Assembly: GCA_963845755.1 (NCBI GenBank)
Contig: CAWJTV010000011.1
Coordinates: 96,001-160,000 of the forward strand
Length of the DNA stretch: 64,000 bases
DNA from: an uncultured Planctomycetota bacterium
GTDB lineage: Bacteria > Planctomycetota > Planctomycetia > Isosphaerales > Isosphaeraceae
Reading direction: 5' to 3'
Part shown: one piece after another, positions 11,000-21,931 of the stretch
Layout of the letters: each line of letters begins with the position of its first letter
Position numbering within the stretch: the first letter of the stretch is position 1
The notes under the pieces: generated by a model
The model's input: only the letters and a program-made list of their open reading frames with translations
Databases searched by the model: none
Told to the model about the DNA's origin: nothing
Translations under genes and position numbers: made by a program

Positions 11000-11455
11000 T
11001 TATTGGGAATCCGTGCCGCCGGTATGCGGATCGAATGTGACGCCAGGCCTGTTAGCGAGGTCTGCGAGTTTCTTGCAAACTTCTTTCACGTGTTGCCGCT
11101 TGGCCATGTCTGGGTCGTTATAGGAAGCGTGATTGATCTCGGGCGCGATCACATGGCCGGGCAAGTCGCCTTCCTCTTGCTTGGGGTGTAAGGCTAATCC
11201 GGCAGCCAGCAAGTCTCGGGCAACCATCCTCGCGACTCTGAAATGACCAGCGGCCTTGTTCGTCGCGGCGACTAACTCGTAAGCTGAAAGTTGGCGTTCG
11301 CGATAGAAAGAGATGCCGTCAGTGTCCCCTTTATTTGGCCTGAACGCCCCAGCCTGAACCGGGGGGGCCTTCTCGGGATCGAAGTATCCTGGAGTGACGG
11401 GGATTCGTCGGAGGATGGTCTCGTCCGGGTCAATCGGGAGCGTAGCATCGCTCAT
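11000..11455 (-). CDS. Hypothetical protein, possible ADP-ribosyltransferase-like toxin
   Basis: ILRRIP...AFRP...DGISFYRE...PGHV pattern; last gene of a 3-gene module. Confidence 0.45.
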   Translation of the reverse strand: MSDATLPIDPDETILRRIPVTPGYFDPEKAPPVQAGAFRPNKGDTDGISFYRERQLSAYELVAATNKAAGHFRVARMVARDLLAAGLALHPKQEEGDLPGHVIAPEINHASYNDPDMAKRQHVKEVCKKLADLANRPGVTFDPHTGGTDSQ

Positions 11456-11520
11456 CCTTGGTAACCCGATGGGCTCCTCGGTGAGTTCTGGCGGACGTCA
11501 TCTATTAGCAACTGCTTGGA

Positions 11521-11929
11521 TCAGGTCGCTCCGTGTGTAACGATCCCGTCTCCATCGACACGCATCCACTCGGCATAATAAGGCGATCTGATCTCGATTT
11601 CCAAATACTCAGGGTCCTCCCAAGTGAAGAGGATGGTCCCGGCTGGCGTCGGTGCGACGGTTGTCGGTGCTGAATGATCGATCCGCCCGAGATAGTTAGC
11701 CAAGTCGATCGCGCTATCGACTAGTTCGATGGAGGGTGCTGCCGCTCCCAAGCCGTCCCAGTTGTCCCCGAGTCGCCTGAGTGGTTCAAGAGCCCGGACG
11801 ACCTTTCTCCACGTGTCGCGCGAGTGGTGAACAAACCCCACGAGAGCAATCGTGGTCTTCAGATAGGGATCCATCGGCCGGGTATAGCCCGACAACGCCT
11901 GGCCCGGGCTGTCCAAAGTGGCAATCATG
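11521..11929 (-). CDS. Hypothetical protein (NWDGLGAAAP motif), possible antitoxin
   Basis: LGDNWDGLGAAAP...VAPTPAGTILFTWE...LEIEI; directly follows the TIGR04255-like gene. Confidence 0.5.
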
Positions 11930-12751
11930 CTACTTGATCCTCCAATGCTTATGAGCTGCATCTGAAGAAAGACTTACGAACGTTTGAACCAACGCCCGGT
12001 GGCCGAGTTCGAGGCCCGATGCGATATCACGGCCGGGAGTCTCTTGTTCGATCGGACCACGGGCGGTCAACTGCAAGACCAGGAGTTCCTCGCCTGTCCC
12101 AAGATTCTTGCCGTGTTGCCCGAAGACATGGAGTCTACCTCTCTGAGGCACGATCTCGTAATGCCATTCTCCAGTAACGCTTTCGAGTCGGACCATGCCG
12201 TGCCGAGCCGGCGGGATATAGAGCCCGGGCAACACGTTATGCCAATCGTCCTGTGAAGCCCAGAGTTCGCCCTTTGGAATATGATTTATATATGTAACTT
12301 CCCACTGATTCGGGGAAATATTCTCGAGCCCAGCGATGCCAAGGAAGTTGCGAAAGCCCTCGAGTTTGCCCATGAATTCTGGATAGATCGTCTCAAACCT
12401 GGGATAGCGAGCGTCTTTCTTCCTCCAATTATAAAGAAATCGATTATTCTGAATTTGTATCACTCTGTCGTCCGATTCAGAAATGATTTGCAGCCGGACG
12501 GAAGTCTCAGACACAACCTTGACTTGGAGCATCGGCAGATTCCAAGACCTCTGCTCCCCAAACCTCTCAAACTGCTCAATGAGCGGCGGCGCCTCGGCTG
12601 TCTTTGTCCAGTTTTGGTCCAAGCAACTCTTCCAATACCACCCGAAGTGCCCGGCCGTCATACCGGGGGTTGGCGCGAATTGGACGCCCAATACGGTCTC
12701 GATGACCGGGGGATTCTCGAATCCAGGGAGATCGTTCGACTGGTCTAGCAT
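11930..12751 (-). CDS. TIGR04255-family protein
   Basis: FENPPVIETVLGVQF, IQIQNNRFLYNWRK, YPRF, EVTYINHI motifs. Confidence 0.8.
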   Translation of the reverse strand: MLDQSNDLPGFENPPVIETVLGVQFAPTPGMTAGHFGWYWKSCLDQNWTKTAEAPPLIEQFERFGEQRSWNLPMLQVKVVSETSVRLQIISESDDRVIQIQNNRFLYNWRKKDARYPRFETIYPEFMGKLEGFRNFLGIAGLENISPNQWEVTYINHIPKGELWASQDDWHNVLPGLYIPPARHGMVRLESVTGEWHYEIVPQRGRLHVFGQHGKNLGTGEELLVLQLTARGPIEQETPGRDIASGLELGHRALVQTFVSLSSDAAHKHWRIK

Positions 12752-12921
12752 ACGTGCATCCTGCGACTCTCGGCCTAGGGATTCCCATCTCTACAATACT
12801 ACGGCGTGGGGCGACCTCCAACGGGTCGGACCGATTTTCACAAGAGCCAATTCCGCCAACAAGCCACGCCACGGCGCGACGGGACGATGATCCGCGAACC
12901 TCATCGCGGCCGTCAAATGAC

Positions 12922-15395
12922 TCAGAAGTGGGATGCGTGGACCCGGCGGAAGTTGAGTTGGGGCGTTTGGCTGTCGGCCATGGCATCGCGGATGCCGCCG
13001 CGAAGTGCGTCGATCAGGTCTTCCTCCGGATGGCCGTCGGCCGGGTAGTCGACCCACTGGCCGCCACGGCGCTGCTTGGAGTAGTTCCGGAAAGCGTCCT
13101 TCAGCCGCGTGCACCGCGGGTGAATCGTCAGGTTGCCGGTCTCCAGGAGCAGCTCGATCGCGTCGAGGCCATCCAGGACCAGGTGTCGGGGCCAGCGATC
13201 GAGGATGCGCGTGCCGAAGACGCGTTCGTATTCGCCATAGGCGGCCGGGCCCAGCGAGGACCGCGCTGTCGCCGCGGGGTCGACACGGACGGAGTCGATC
13301 CGGCCACGGCACGGCAGCTCATCGGCCAGCGCCTTGATGGCACGGGCATTCTTCTCGCTTACCCGATCAATCGCGTGGTAATCGCCGAAGACCGTCACGC
13401 GCGACCAGCCGGCCGCCGGATTCGGTCGGACCTGGAAGAAGACCGCTGCGGTGTGGCGCGACGTACCGGCGTCGATGGCGCAGCGGACCGGGTATCCGGG
13501 GTGATACTCGGCCTCGGTGGAGACGTGCCGGGCAGGGTCGAAGTTGGCGAACCAGACGCCTTCGGTCGTCTCCAGGAACTCGGCGTAGATCTCCTGGCGG
13601 CCCAGCCGGGTATGCTCGTACAGGCTGACGATCTGATCGACGAACTCGCGGGGCAAGTGGACCTGGTTGTCGTAAGTGGTTTCGGTCGTCCGGACGGTGG
13701 TCGGCTCGCCCAGGATTCGCTTCAGGACGGCGACGCGGCGCGGCGTGGTCGTGATGAGGGCCTGGGGATTGGCCCCGTCCCGCAGGGCCAGCATCGCCAG
13801 GTCCCAGGTCATCTGGGCGCGCTTCCAGCAGTTATGGACCAGGATCCCGTTGGCATAGAACTCGTGGGCATCTTCGACGTGAAGGTCGTAGACGGGTGCC
13901 CTATCGGGAAGTTTCTCGATCCTTACGACGGAGGGCGGACTGCTGGCTCCAATGAATTGCCTGACAGCGTCGCGAGCACGTGATCCGCAGGTGTAAATTG
14001 GCTGACGAGAATGGTTGTTGACAGATGGGACACAACTTTGCCGGCCTGCGCTTGATGCGCCGGCGCACGCGATAGGCATCCCCACATTCTCGTGAGCACG
14101 TGACCGTTCGAGGATCGCGGCTCGGAATGGAGTGCCACAGATCGCACACGGCTTCTCGGTTCGCCTCCGTTGAGAGACCTTTGGCTTCTTCGGCCTCGGT
14201 TTAACTCTGCCGGTCCGGTAATAGTACCGTTGCGCACACCGGATGTTGCAGAACTTCGCTCGCATCCCAGTGCTCTGGTAGACAGTTCCGCACCCGACAC
14301 AGACGACGTCGCGCGGCTCCCTTTCGCCCCACTGCTTCCATGAATTCTCCTGAAACTGCTCCTTGGACCATGCAGCCCAACCCTTGGGCCTATGTCGTTT
14401 GAGATGTACCGAGCGAGGAATCGCTTCGAGGTTTTCCGGCGCCCAGTTCGTCTTGTCCTCATCCTTATGGTGGACGTCGTATCCTCTTGGGATTTCTCCG
14501 CAGTGAGCGCGGTAAACGGCGCGATGCAGCATCCGCCCGTTTCGGGACACATAGTACCCGCCGTTGAGATACCAACGGATCCCTCCCCAAGACACGACGC
14601 GAGGTGACGATTGTCCCATGCATTGATTCTATCGCCATGCTGCAAAAGATCAATCCGAATCCACCCCTTTTCATCGATGAATACAAGATGGTTGGCGGTG
14701 CCTTCGAGCGTTCGTCCGTCGGAGAACGTGACCCGGTAGATTTCGGCGGAAGGATTGGACTGCCAGGAATCGAGAACGCGGCGGGGGCCGACGCGGGTCC
14801 ACACGTGCTCGCCGGCTCGCACCGATTCGATCGGCCTCAAGCCTTCGATCGTCTGGACGAGGGTCCCCGCGACCAGGCACGCCAGCTCGTCGGCCCAGAG
14901 GGTGTCGAGGTTCAACCCGCGGGCGCGCTCGGGCTCCTCGCCGCTGAGACAGACGGCACGGGCGCCGTTGGGCCAGGTGACGCGGCGTTTGGACGGCTCG
15001 AACCGAGGCCGGCACCACGGGGACGCGACCGCGAGCAACCCGGAGGGGCCCTCGACCATCACATCGCGGATATCGGCGTTGGTCGGAGCGATCAGGCCGC
15101 CGAGCTTCATGATGCCGGACTCGACCCGGGACTGGATCCAGCAGGCCCCTCCGCGCGTCTTTCCGGCACCTCTCCCGGCGATGTATCCCCAGACGCGCCA
15201 GTCACTTGCGGGCGGACGCTGGGCGACCCGCGCCCGGGGATGAATACGGCACGCGCCGGCAGGCAGCCCGCACGGGCAGGATTCGGCGTACCAATCCCAA
15301 ACCGAGCGGTCGGCCACCAGGGGTGCGAGCGTGCCGAGGCGGGCCTCAGCTCGCGCAATCCGCGCTGCCAGTCCGATCACCGATCTGCTCCTCAA
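12922..15395 (-). CDS. terL: Phage terminase large subunit interrupted by an intein (one apparent 1-nt frameshift near 14120)
   Basis: Walker A AGRGAGKT, GEEPERARG, Walker B LWADELA, LITTTP, TTYDN, RLGRQEIYAEF, nuclease AIDAG and EEDLIDALR. Confidence 0.9.
13831..14879 (-). mobile_element. Intein in terL (inserted right after Walker B), about 350 aa
   Basis: Begins CLVAGTLV..., block B LEGTANHLV, ends VYDLHVEDAHEFYANGILVHN followed by Cys+1 (CWKRA). Confidence 0.92.
13901..14619 (-). CDS. HNH homing endonuclease with CxxC zinc-finger repeats, nested out of frame inside the intein
   Basis: LHRAVY...GEIPRGYDVHHKDEDKTNWAPENLEAI...H; CVGC..FCNIRC, CAIC..TCSREC, CPIC..TCSRRC. Confidence 0.85.
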
Positions 15396-15740
15396 TCTGG
15401 GACATGCGGCGCTCGAGCCCCGCGTAATTCGAGATGGCCATCATGTCGGAAAGGATGGCCCGCAGCGCTGTCAACTTGACGGACTCGGACTCGGCCTCCC
15501 GGGCGAGCACGATGATCCCATCGGCCGCGCGGGTGACGTTCTTGGACATCCGGCCGATGGCCCGGTCGACGGCACGGCGGCGATACGCCTTCACGGCGTC
15601 CTGGACCCTGGGCTCCTTGGCCCATCGGTAGGCCGTCCGCCTGGCGACCTGGTGCTCCCGCGCCACGAGGCGACGGACGTTCCCTGGGCGATTGCCAGGG
15701 CGAGGTTGGACTTCTTGCCTGGGGGATGCGGTTCGGTCAT
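15346..15740 (-). CDS. Terminase small subunit-like HTH protein (frameshifted near 15665)
   Basis: LALAIAQGTSVASW/AREHQVARRTAYRW HTH, helical C-terminus; immediately upstream of and overlapping terL. Confidence 0.65.
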
Positions 15741-15969
15741 GGCGTCAATTGGCAGTCAACGGCAAGGATCCGTCGGCACTCCAGCGCCCCACTCGCGGTT
15801 CTCAGCCCGAGGCCCAGGCTGGCCGGCATGCCCGCGAGGGGCGAGGAAGTGACGTCAAGCAGGATCGAGCACGAGACTCCGACGCGAAGCTCGACGGTCC
15901 GACCGCACCGGCACGCTGCCAGGGGCCCGACTGCCGATCATCGACAGTCGCTTTCACCGTCGTTACTTA

Positions 15970-16087
15970 CAGGATGCCGCAACTTTGGAATTTCGTTAAT
16001 GCACCTACGACGGTTTCTAGCTGTTTTCGCGGCGCAACCCTCGGTATCAACACGAATTAAGAATTTTCAAAAAATTTTTTGCGCTGG
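15970..16087 (-). promoter_or_regulatory. Conserved upstream element, copy 1 (terS-terL operon)
   Basis: Reverse complement of 15970-16007 matches 42308-42345 at 35/38 nt; A/T tract 16061-16087 matches 42228-42254. Confidence 0.75.
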
Positions 16088-16156
16088 AGATTAGCTCAGC
16101 TCATCTCCTTATCAAATGTTTACCAAGGCGTCTTTTTCCTCTTCCCCCGACGGCGG

Positions 16157-18029
16157 TTAGCGGGTTGCTGGGGGTGGCCCGTGGCCCACCGGGGGCAGGA
16201 AGTGCGGCCGCGCCGTGTCCACCGGCAGGACCTCGCCGGGGGGTCGCGTCGAGCTGATCTCCTGGGCCGGGTACCCCAGGGCGTGGAACAGCTCGAACTG
16301 CGCCCGGTTGTACTCGGAGACCGTCGTGAAGTATTCCTCGAAGGCCACCCACAAGAGTTGGAGCGCAAAGACCGCTTCTTGTGGACGGTTGATCAGGACC
16401 AGGACGTTGCCGAACCGCTTGATCTGCGTCAGGCCCTCGAAGTTGCCGTTGAGATTGATGATGCCCGTGCGGAGGGCGCGATCGGCCTGGAGGACGCGGG
16501 TGGCCGCCAACTGGACGCGCGCCAGGGCCCGGTTCACGTCCGCCGCCACCCGGTCCTGCGCGCGGTAGAGATCGACGATGGCCTGCGATTGCTGGGCCCG
16601 TTGCCGCTTGATCATCGCGAGGTTGCCGAACCCGAAGTTCTGGAGCTGCCACACGAGCTGGACGCTGACATCGTCGCGGCCCCTCCACTGGTTCATGAGG
16701 CCGTTGGGGCCCAGGCCGAAGATCCCGCCCTGGATCAACATCCCGCCAGGGGACTGGAAGCCGCCGATCACGACGGTGGGGAGGGCCGGGCGCATCGTCT
16801 CCCGGCGGATCCCCGCCGTCGCGGACTCGATCATCGCTTTGCGCGAGGCGACCTCGGGCCGGTTGGTCAGGGCGACGGACATCAGGTCCTCGAGCGAGCG
16901 GCCGGGGTCAACCAGCGTGATCTGGAGGTGGTCGTGCTCCAGCGGCTCGACGACGGCGCGGGGTCCAGCCGCAGGACCTGCGTCAGGTTGGCGCTTGGAC
17001 CCGCCACTGCTGCCGGGCTGAGACGGCCCGCTGCTGGAGGTCGGCGACCATGTTCTTGGCCCGCTCGACCTCGAACTCCACGACCAGGTCGCGGCTCATC
17101 GAGGCGAGCCGCTCGACCAGCTCGTGCCCCCGCTTGACGCAGTAGAGCGCACCGGCGTACTTCCCGCGATACTGGTGCACCAGGAAGTAAGCGTCGGCGG
17201 TCCGGAGCAGGGCGTCGTTCTTGGCCGACTGGACATCCCAGTGGCGGGCCTTCAGGGCCTGCCGGGCCACCAGGGGCTGGTAGATCGCATCCGTCGTGGC
17301 GATGGCCCCCCAGAGGCCGCCACCGCCGTAGAAGTAGTTGGCGCTGACCGCGGTCATAATGCCCTTGTTGAAGTCCGGGCCGCCGCCGTCGTGGCGGAGG
17401 TAGTCGGCGCCGACGTTGATCCCGGGGAGCCAGAGGACCTTGGCCTGCTGGAGGTCGGCCTCGGCGACCCAGACGCTGGCCTGGGCGGCGGCGACGATCA
17501 GCGGCCGGGCGTCGGAGAGCCGCAACGCGGTCGCCAGGTTGATCGGAAAGCGGAGGTCGGTCGGCACGAACGGCGCTGGGTCGAGCTTGACGGTCAACTC
17601 CAGGGGGGAGGGTGGCAGTGCGGCCGCATCGCTCCTCTCCTGCGCACGGCCCGGAGCCGCTCGCGACGGCAGGGGCGACAGCACATCGTGGTCGTCCACG
17701 CTCGCTGGGCGGTTGACAGCCGATGGCGCGGTCGTCCCCGGCCGTGAGGATGGCCCTTGCCAGTGGCCCGGTGACGTCAGAGGGATCGGCGGCGGGGCCG
17801 GTGGAGGCAAGTCCCGGCCACTTTGTCTCATGAAGCGTTGGATGACGGGGGACACCGTCAACGGCGGCAAGGGCGGCGGCTGTGTGGGAGGCGCGGGGTT
17901 CGTCGGCGTCGCGCCGGTCGGGGGCTGGGCCGCGCGCGCCGGAGACCCGAGCCAGGGAAGCAGCGAGGCTACGATCAGCATCCAGGGCCAGGCAGATCGT
18001 TGCCTCATTCGAAATCCCACTCCCATCAT
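16157..18029 (-). CDS. TolC-family outer membrane efflux protein, paralog 2 (frameshift near 16985)
   Basis: RFPINLATALRLSDARPL, ALTNRPE, EYNRAQFELFHALG; signal peptide. Confidence 0.8.
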
Positions 18030-18105
18030 GATCGCTCGCCCCGATTAAGGCGTCGGCGGCTCCAACCCGTCCGGATTTCGCGGGGAACCCGGGGATGACC
18101 GGCGT

Positions 18106-19776
18106 TCATCGGGTGGCCGGGGGCGGCCCGTTACCGACCACCGGCAGGAAGGCCGGCCGGGCCGTGTCCACCGGCTGGACCTCGCCGGGGGGCCGGAGCC
18201 ACGAGACCTCCTGGGCGGGATAGCCCAGGGCGTGAAACAGCTCGAACTGCGCCCGGTTGTACTCGGCCACCGTGGTGAAGAATTCGTCGAAGGCCACGTT
18301 CAAGAGCTGGAGGGCATAGACCACCTCCTGCGGCCGGTGGATCGGGACCAGGACGTTGCCGAAACGGCTGGTCTCGGTCAGGCCCTCCAGGGATCCGTTG
18401 AAGGTGATGAGGCCGGTGCGCAACGAGCGATCGGCCTGGACGACCCGGGCGGCCGCCGACTGTACGTCCGCCAGGGCCCTGGTCACGTCCGCCGCCACCC
18501 GATCCTGGTTCTCGAACAGCTCGATGATGGCCTGCGACTGCATGCCGCGCTGCCGCTTGATCATCGCCAGGTTCCCCAGGCCGAGATTGGAGAGCTGCCA
18601 TATGGGCTGAAAGCTGAAGTCATCGCGGCCAACCCACTGGTTCATGCTGCTGTTGGGGCCCAGGGCGAAGATCCCGGCCTGCAACAGCTCGAGGGGGGTC
18701 TGGAAGCCGTTGAGCGCGACGTTGGGAATGAGCATGCGCACCCTCTCGCGGCGGATCGCCGCCGCCGCCGCCTCGACCATCGCCTGGTGCGAGGCGAGCT
18801 CGGGCCGGTTGGTCAGAGCCATCGGCATCAGGTCCTCGAGCGAGCGGCCGGGGTCAACCAGCGTGATCTGGAGGTGGTCGTGTTCCAGCGGCTCGACGAC
18901 GGCGCGGGGGTCCAGCCGCAGGACCTGCGTGAGATTGGCGCTCTGGACTCGCCACTGCTGCCGCGCCGTGACCGCTTTCTGCGAGAGGTCGGCGAGCATA
19001 TTCCGGGCCCGCTCGACCTCGACCGCCGGGACCAGGTCGCGGCTCAGGGTGGCGATCTGCTCGACGAGGTCGTGCCCCCGCTCGACGCAGTAAAGCGTCC
19101 CGGCATACATCCCGCGCACCTGATGCACGCGGAAGTAGGCGTCGGCGGTCCGGAGCAGGGCGTCATTCTTGGCTGTCTGCACGTCCCAGTGCCGGGCTTT
19201 GAGGACCTGGCGGGCCACCAGGGGCTGGAAGATGGCATCGGTCGTCGAAATGATTCCCAGGGCCGGTCCGGTCATGCCGGCACCGGCGTAGAAGAAGTTG
19301 GTGCTGGGCGAGGTCAGGATGCCCTTGTTGAAGTCCGGGCCGCCGCCGTCGTGCCGGATGTAATCGAAGCCGATATTGAGGTTGGGGACCCAGAGGACCT
19401 TGGCCTGAGCGAGATCGGCCTCGGCGACCCAGACGCTGGCCTGGGCGGCGGCGACGATCAGCGGCCGGGCGTCGGAGAGCCGCAACGCGGTCGCCAGATT
19501 GATCGGAAAGCGGAGTTCGGTCGGCAGCGGTGTCGCCGTCGGGAGCGTCAGGCCGGTGTCGAGCGGGCTCGGGCCCATCGCCCCGGTCTCGCTCGGCGCC
19601 GAAGCCGGCGGCGAGGGCTGGGCTCGCCGACTCCGATCGGGAAGGACGACCGGGGGCGCCGGCGAAGGCGGAACGGGCGTCTGCGCCGTGCAGGGGGTGA
19701 ACCCGACCCACGAAAGCAGCATAGCCCCACCGAGCATCCCCCTCCAGGTGGATTGTCCCATGACCCCATCCCTCAC
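18106..19776 (-). CDS. TolC-family outer membrane efflux protein, paralog 1
   Basis: Same motifs as its neighbour; intact ORF; lies in the RND locus. Confidence 0.82.
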   Translation of the reverse strand: MRDGVMGQSTWRGMLGGAMLLSWVGFTPCTAQTPVPPSPAPPVVLPDRSRRAQPSPPASAPSETGAMGPSPLDTGLTLPTATPLPTELRFPINLATALRLSDARPLIVAAAQASVWVAEADLAQAKVLWVPNLNIGFDYIRHDGGGPDFNKGILTSPSTNFFYAGAGMTGPALGIISTTDAIFQPLVARQVLKARHWDVQTAKNDALLRTADAYFRVHQVRGMYAGTLYCVERGHDLVEQIATLSRDLVPAVEVERARNMLADLSQKAVTARQQWRVQSANLTQVLRLDPRAVVEPLEHDHLQITLVDPGRSLEDLMPMALTNRPELASHQAMVEAAAAAIRRERVRMLIPNVALNGFQTPLELLQAGIFALGPNSSMNQWVGRDDFSFQPIWQLSNLGLGNLAMIKRQRGMQSQAIIELFENQDRVAADVTRALADVQSAAARVVQADRSLRTGLITFNGSLEGLTETSRFGNVLVPIHRPQEVVYALQLLNVAFDEFFTTVAEYNRAQFELFHALGYPAQEVSWLRPPGEVQPVDTARPAFLPVVGNGPPPATR

Positions 19777-19898
19777 TGCATCAAGGGAGTCGCGGTACGA
19801 TCAGCGCGTCGGCCGCGCCGATAGGACCGGATCAGAGGATTTATCGACCGGGACGGGTGGCCGGAATGATAACGATTTTGCGGGATGGGCGGGATTGA

Positions 19899-21659
19899 TC
19901 AGGGCGCTTTCGGGGAAATATCGGGCTTCTTGGCGATCTCCGTCTCTTCGAGGACCTTCCGCCACGCCCTCGCCTTGTCAACCTGGCCCCAGGCTTCGTA
20001 GAGGCTCACCAGGCGTTCGAGTGCCTTGATGAGGTGGGGCTTGTCCTGGGGCGGTATTTTGTCCTCACGTTGTTTCATGCCCTCGTAGCCCGCAACGAGC
20101 CGCGGTTCGGCCTCGGCGAATTTCCGTTGCTCCAGGAGCGCCCGGCCCAGGAGTGACTCCGTGTCGAACGTCACCCAGTCGTCGGGCTGGAGCTTCTGGC
20201 GCATGGCCAGGCTCTCGCGCAGCTTCAGCTCAGCCTCGGCGAAGTTCTTCTGGGAGAGTAGCAGCGATCCGCGGACGGCGAGCGCCGAGGCGCGGGCGGG
20301 CGAATTGAGATCGCGTTCATAAAGTCGCCCCCCCTCGTCCGCGCGGCCAGCGAGCCGGTAGGCGACGGCCAGTTGATTGCGGCAGGCGGCCGTATCGGGA
20401 TGGTTGAGTCCCTGCATGGCTTGCCGCAAGCCGAAGGCCCGCTCGTACTCCTTGACCGCCTGCGTTGCGTCTCCCAGACTCAGGTACGCCAGGCCCAGCA
20501 TCTCGCGGAGTGAGGCTTCGGCCAGGGGCCGGTCCGTGAACGCTTCGCCGACCTGAGCCTCGGTCAGATCCACCGCCTTGCGCAGCGTCACGTCCTTGCC
20601 CTGGCCACCGGTCCAGAAGGCCTCCGTGAGCGACACCGACCCCGGCCGGCCGGCCGACAACAGCGAATTCTTGAGGAACGCGAGGATCGCTTTCTTCTCT
20701 TCTTCCGAGGCCCGCGCCGTCTTCTCCGACTCCCGGGCCTGTTGGAGTTCCTTCACGGCGGCCAACCACGCCACCTCTGCCTCGACGAGCTTGCCCGCGC
20801 CCGGGTTCTTCTCATTCGAAGTCGAATTCTTCCTCGTGCCGGCCTCCTGGCTCGAGTCGGATTCGTCGCTCGAGTCCGCTCCCTGACTCGAGTCGGGGCC
20901 CTGGCTCGATCCACCCTTGCTCGATCCGCCTTTGCTCGATCCGCCCTTGCTCGATCCGCCCTTGCTCGATCCGCCCTTGCTCGAAGACGTCTCATCTCCC
21001 GACTTGTCCGACCCGAAGAAGTAGGAGTAGCCCCAGGCGCCGACGACCCCGCAGACCAGGGACACGACGCCCGCGAACAATAGGATCCGCGTGAGCGAGG
21101 GTGACTGGGCCGACTGGCCGAGCCATTTCTTGGCGCCCTCGCCGGAGCCCTTCTGATCGTCGTTCTGGTCCTGCTTGCCAGGGGACCGGGCTTTCTTGGT
21201 GTCGCCCTCCTGCCCACCCTGGCTCTTGGAGCCCTTGCCCTGTTCGCCCTTGCCCTGTTCGCCCTTGCCCTGCTCGCCCTTGCCCTGCTCGCCCTCCTTC
21301 ACTTTCCCCTCCCCGTTCCCTCCGCCGGAACGGTCCTGCGATGGTCGATCCGGTTCGATGGGGACCATGACAAAGTTGGGATTGAACGCCTCGTTGGGCT
21401 CACGGATCCGGTTCGTCTGGACGACCATGATTCGATCGGGGTGACTCGCCCAATCGGATTGGATCGCCGGTCCCAACGTGATGATCGGGGCGGTGGTCTC
21501 GATGACCTGAGGGGACTCCGGCCCGCGGCTGCGGGGCGACTCAGACCCCTGTTCCGGCTCCTGGCCCTGGTTCGAATGGGACCCGTGTTCCTGGTCTTGA
21601 TCCTGGGGCGCGTCGGATCCTTGTTGCTGGTCTTGGTCCTGCTGATCTTGACGTTCCAT
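19899..21659 (-). CDS. Single-TM tetratricopeptide-repeat protein with low-complexity linkers
   Basis: TM helix, GKGEQ and SSKGG repeats, C-terminal TPRs (LGLAYLSLG, HPDTAACRNQLA, AEAEPRLVAGYEGM). Confidence 0.75.
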   Translation of the reverse strand: MERQDQQDQDQQQGSDAPQDQDQEHGSHSNQGQEPEQGSESPRSRGPESPQVIETTAPIITLGPAIQSDWASHPDRIMVVQTNRIREPNEAFNPNFVMVPIEPDRPSQDRSGGGNGEGKVKEGEQGKGEQGKGEQGKGEQGKGSKSQGGQEGDTKKARSPGKQDQNDDQKGSGEGAKKWLGQSAQSPSLTRILLFAGVVSLVCGVVGAWGYSYFFGSDKSGDETSSSKGGSSKGGSSKGGSSKGGSSKGGSSQGPDSSQGADSSDESDSSQEAGTRKNSTSNEKNPGAGKLVEAEVAWLAAVKELQQARESEKTARASEEEKKAILAFLKNSLLSAGRPGSVSLTEAFWTGGQGKDVTLRKAVDLTEAQVGEAFTDRPLAEASLREMLGLAYLSLGDATQAVKEYERAFGLRQAMQGLNHPDTAACRNQLAVAYRLAGRADEGGRLYERDLNSPARASALAVRGSLLLSQKNFAEAELKLRESLAMRQKLQPDDWVTFDTESLLGRALLEQRKFAEAEPRLVAGYEGMKQREDKIPPQDKPHLIKALERLVSLYEAWGQVDKARAWRKVLEETEIAKKPDISPKAP

Positions 21660-21829
21660 TGAACTGCCCTCCCACAGTCAAGCCTGCTGAGATCGTACGC
21701 AACGCGCGTGCCGCGTGATCCGCCGGGCTCCAATTTGCGCATTTAATAATTCGCCGCCGCATAAGAGCCAGTGATCTCGAGCGCTGCACGATTTGGACTG
21801 CGCCTGCGCGAGGAATCCCCTGACCCTCT

Positions 21830-21895
21830 GTAGGGTGCTCTGCGAGCACCAAAGCGTGCCGGCCGCGGGGGATCGGTGCTCACAGAGCACCCTAC
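21830..21895. repeat. REP/REPIN-like inverted repeat (GTAGGGTGCTCTGCGAGCACC...GGTGCTCACAGAGCACCCTAC)
   Basis: GTAG-headed 21-nt palindromic units in inverted orientation. Confidence 0.8.
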
Positions 21896-21931
21896 GTCTA
21901 TGTCTCGTGTGCAACGCAACCGTAATGCGCT

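Noticed and set aside
20905..21295. 15-bp tandem repeats in the TPR gene
   Set aside because: They simply encode SSKGG and GKGEQ low-complexity linkers.
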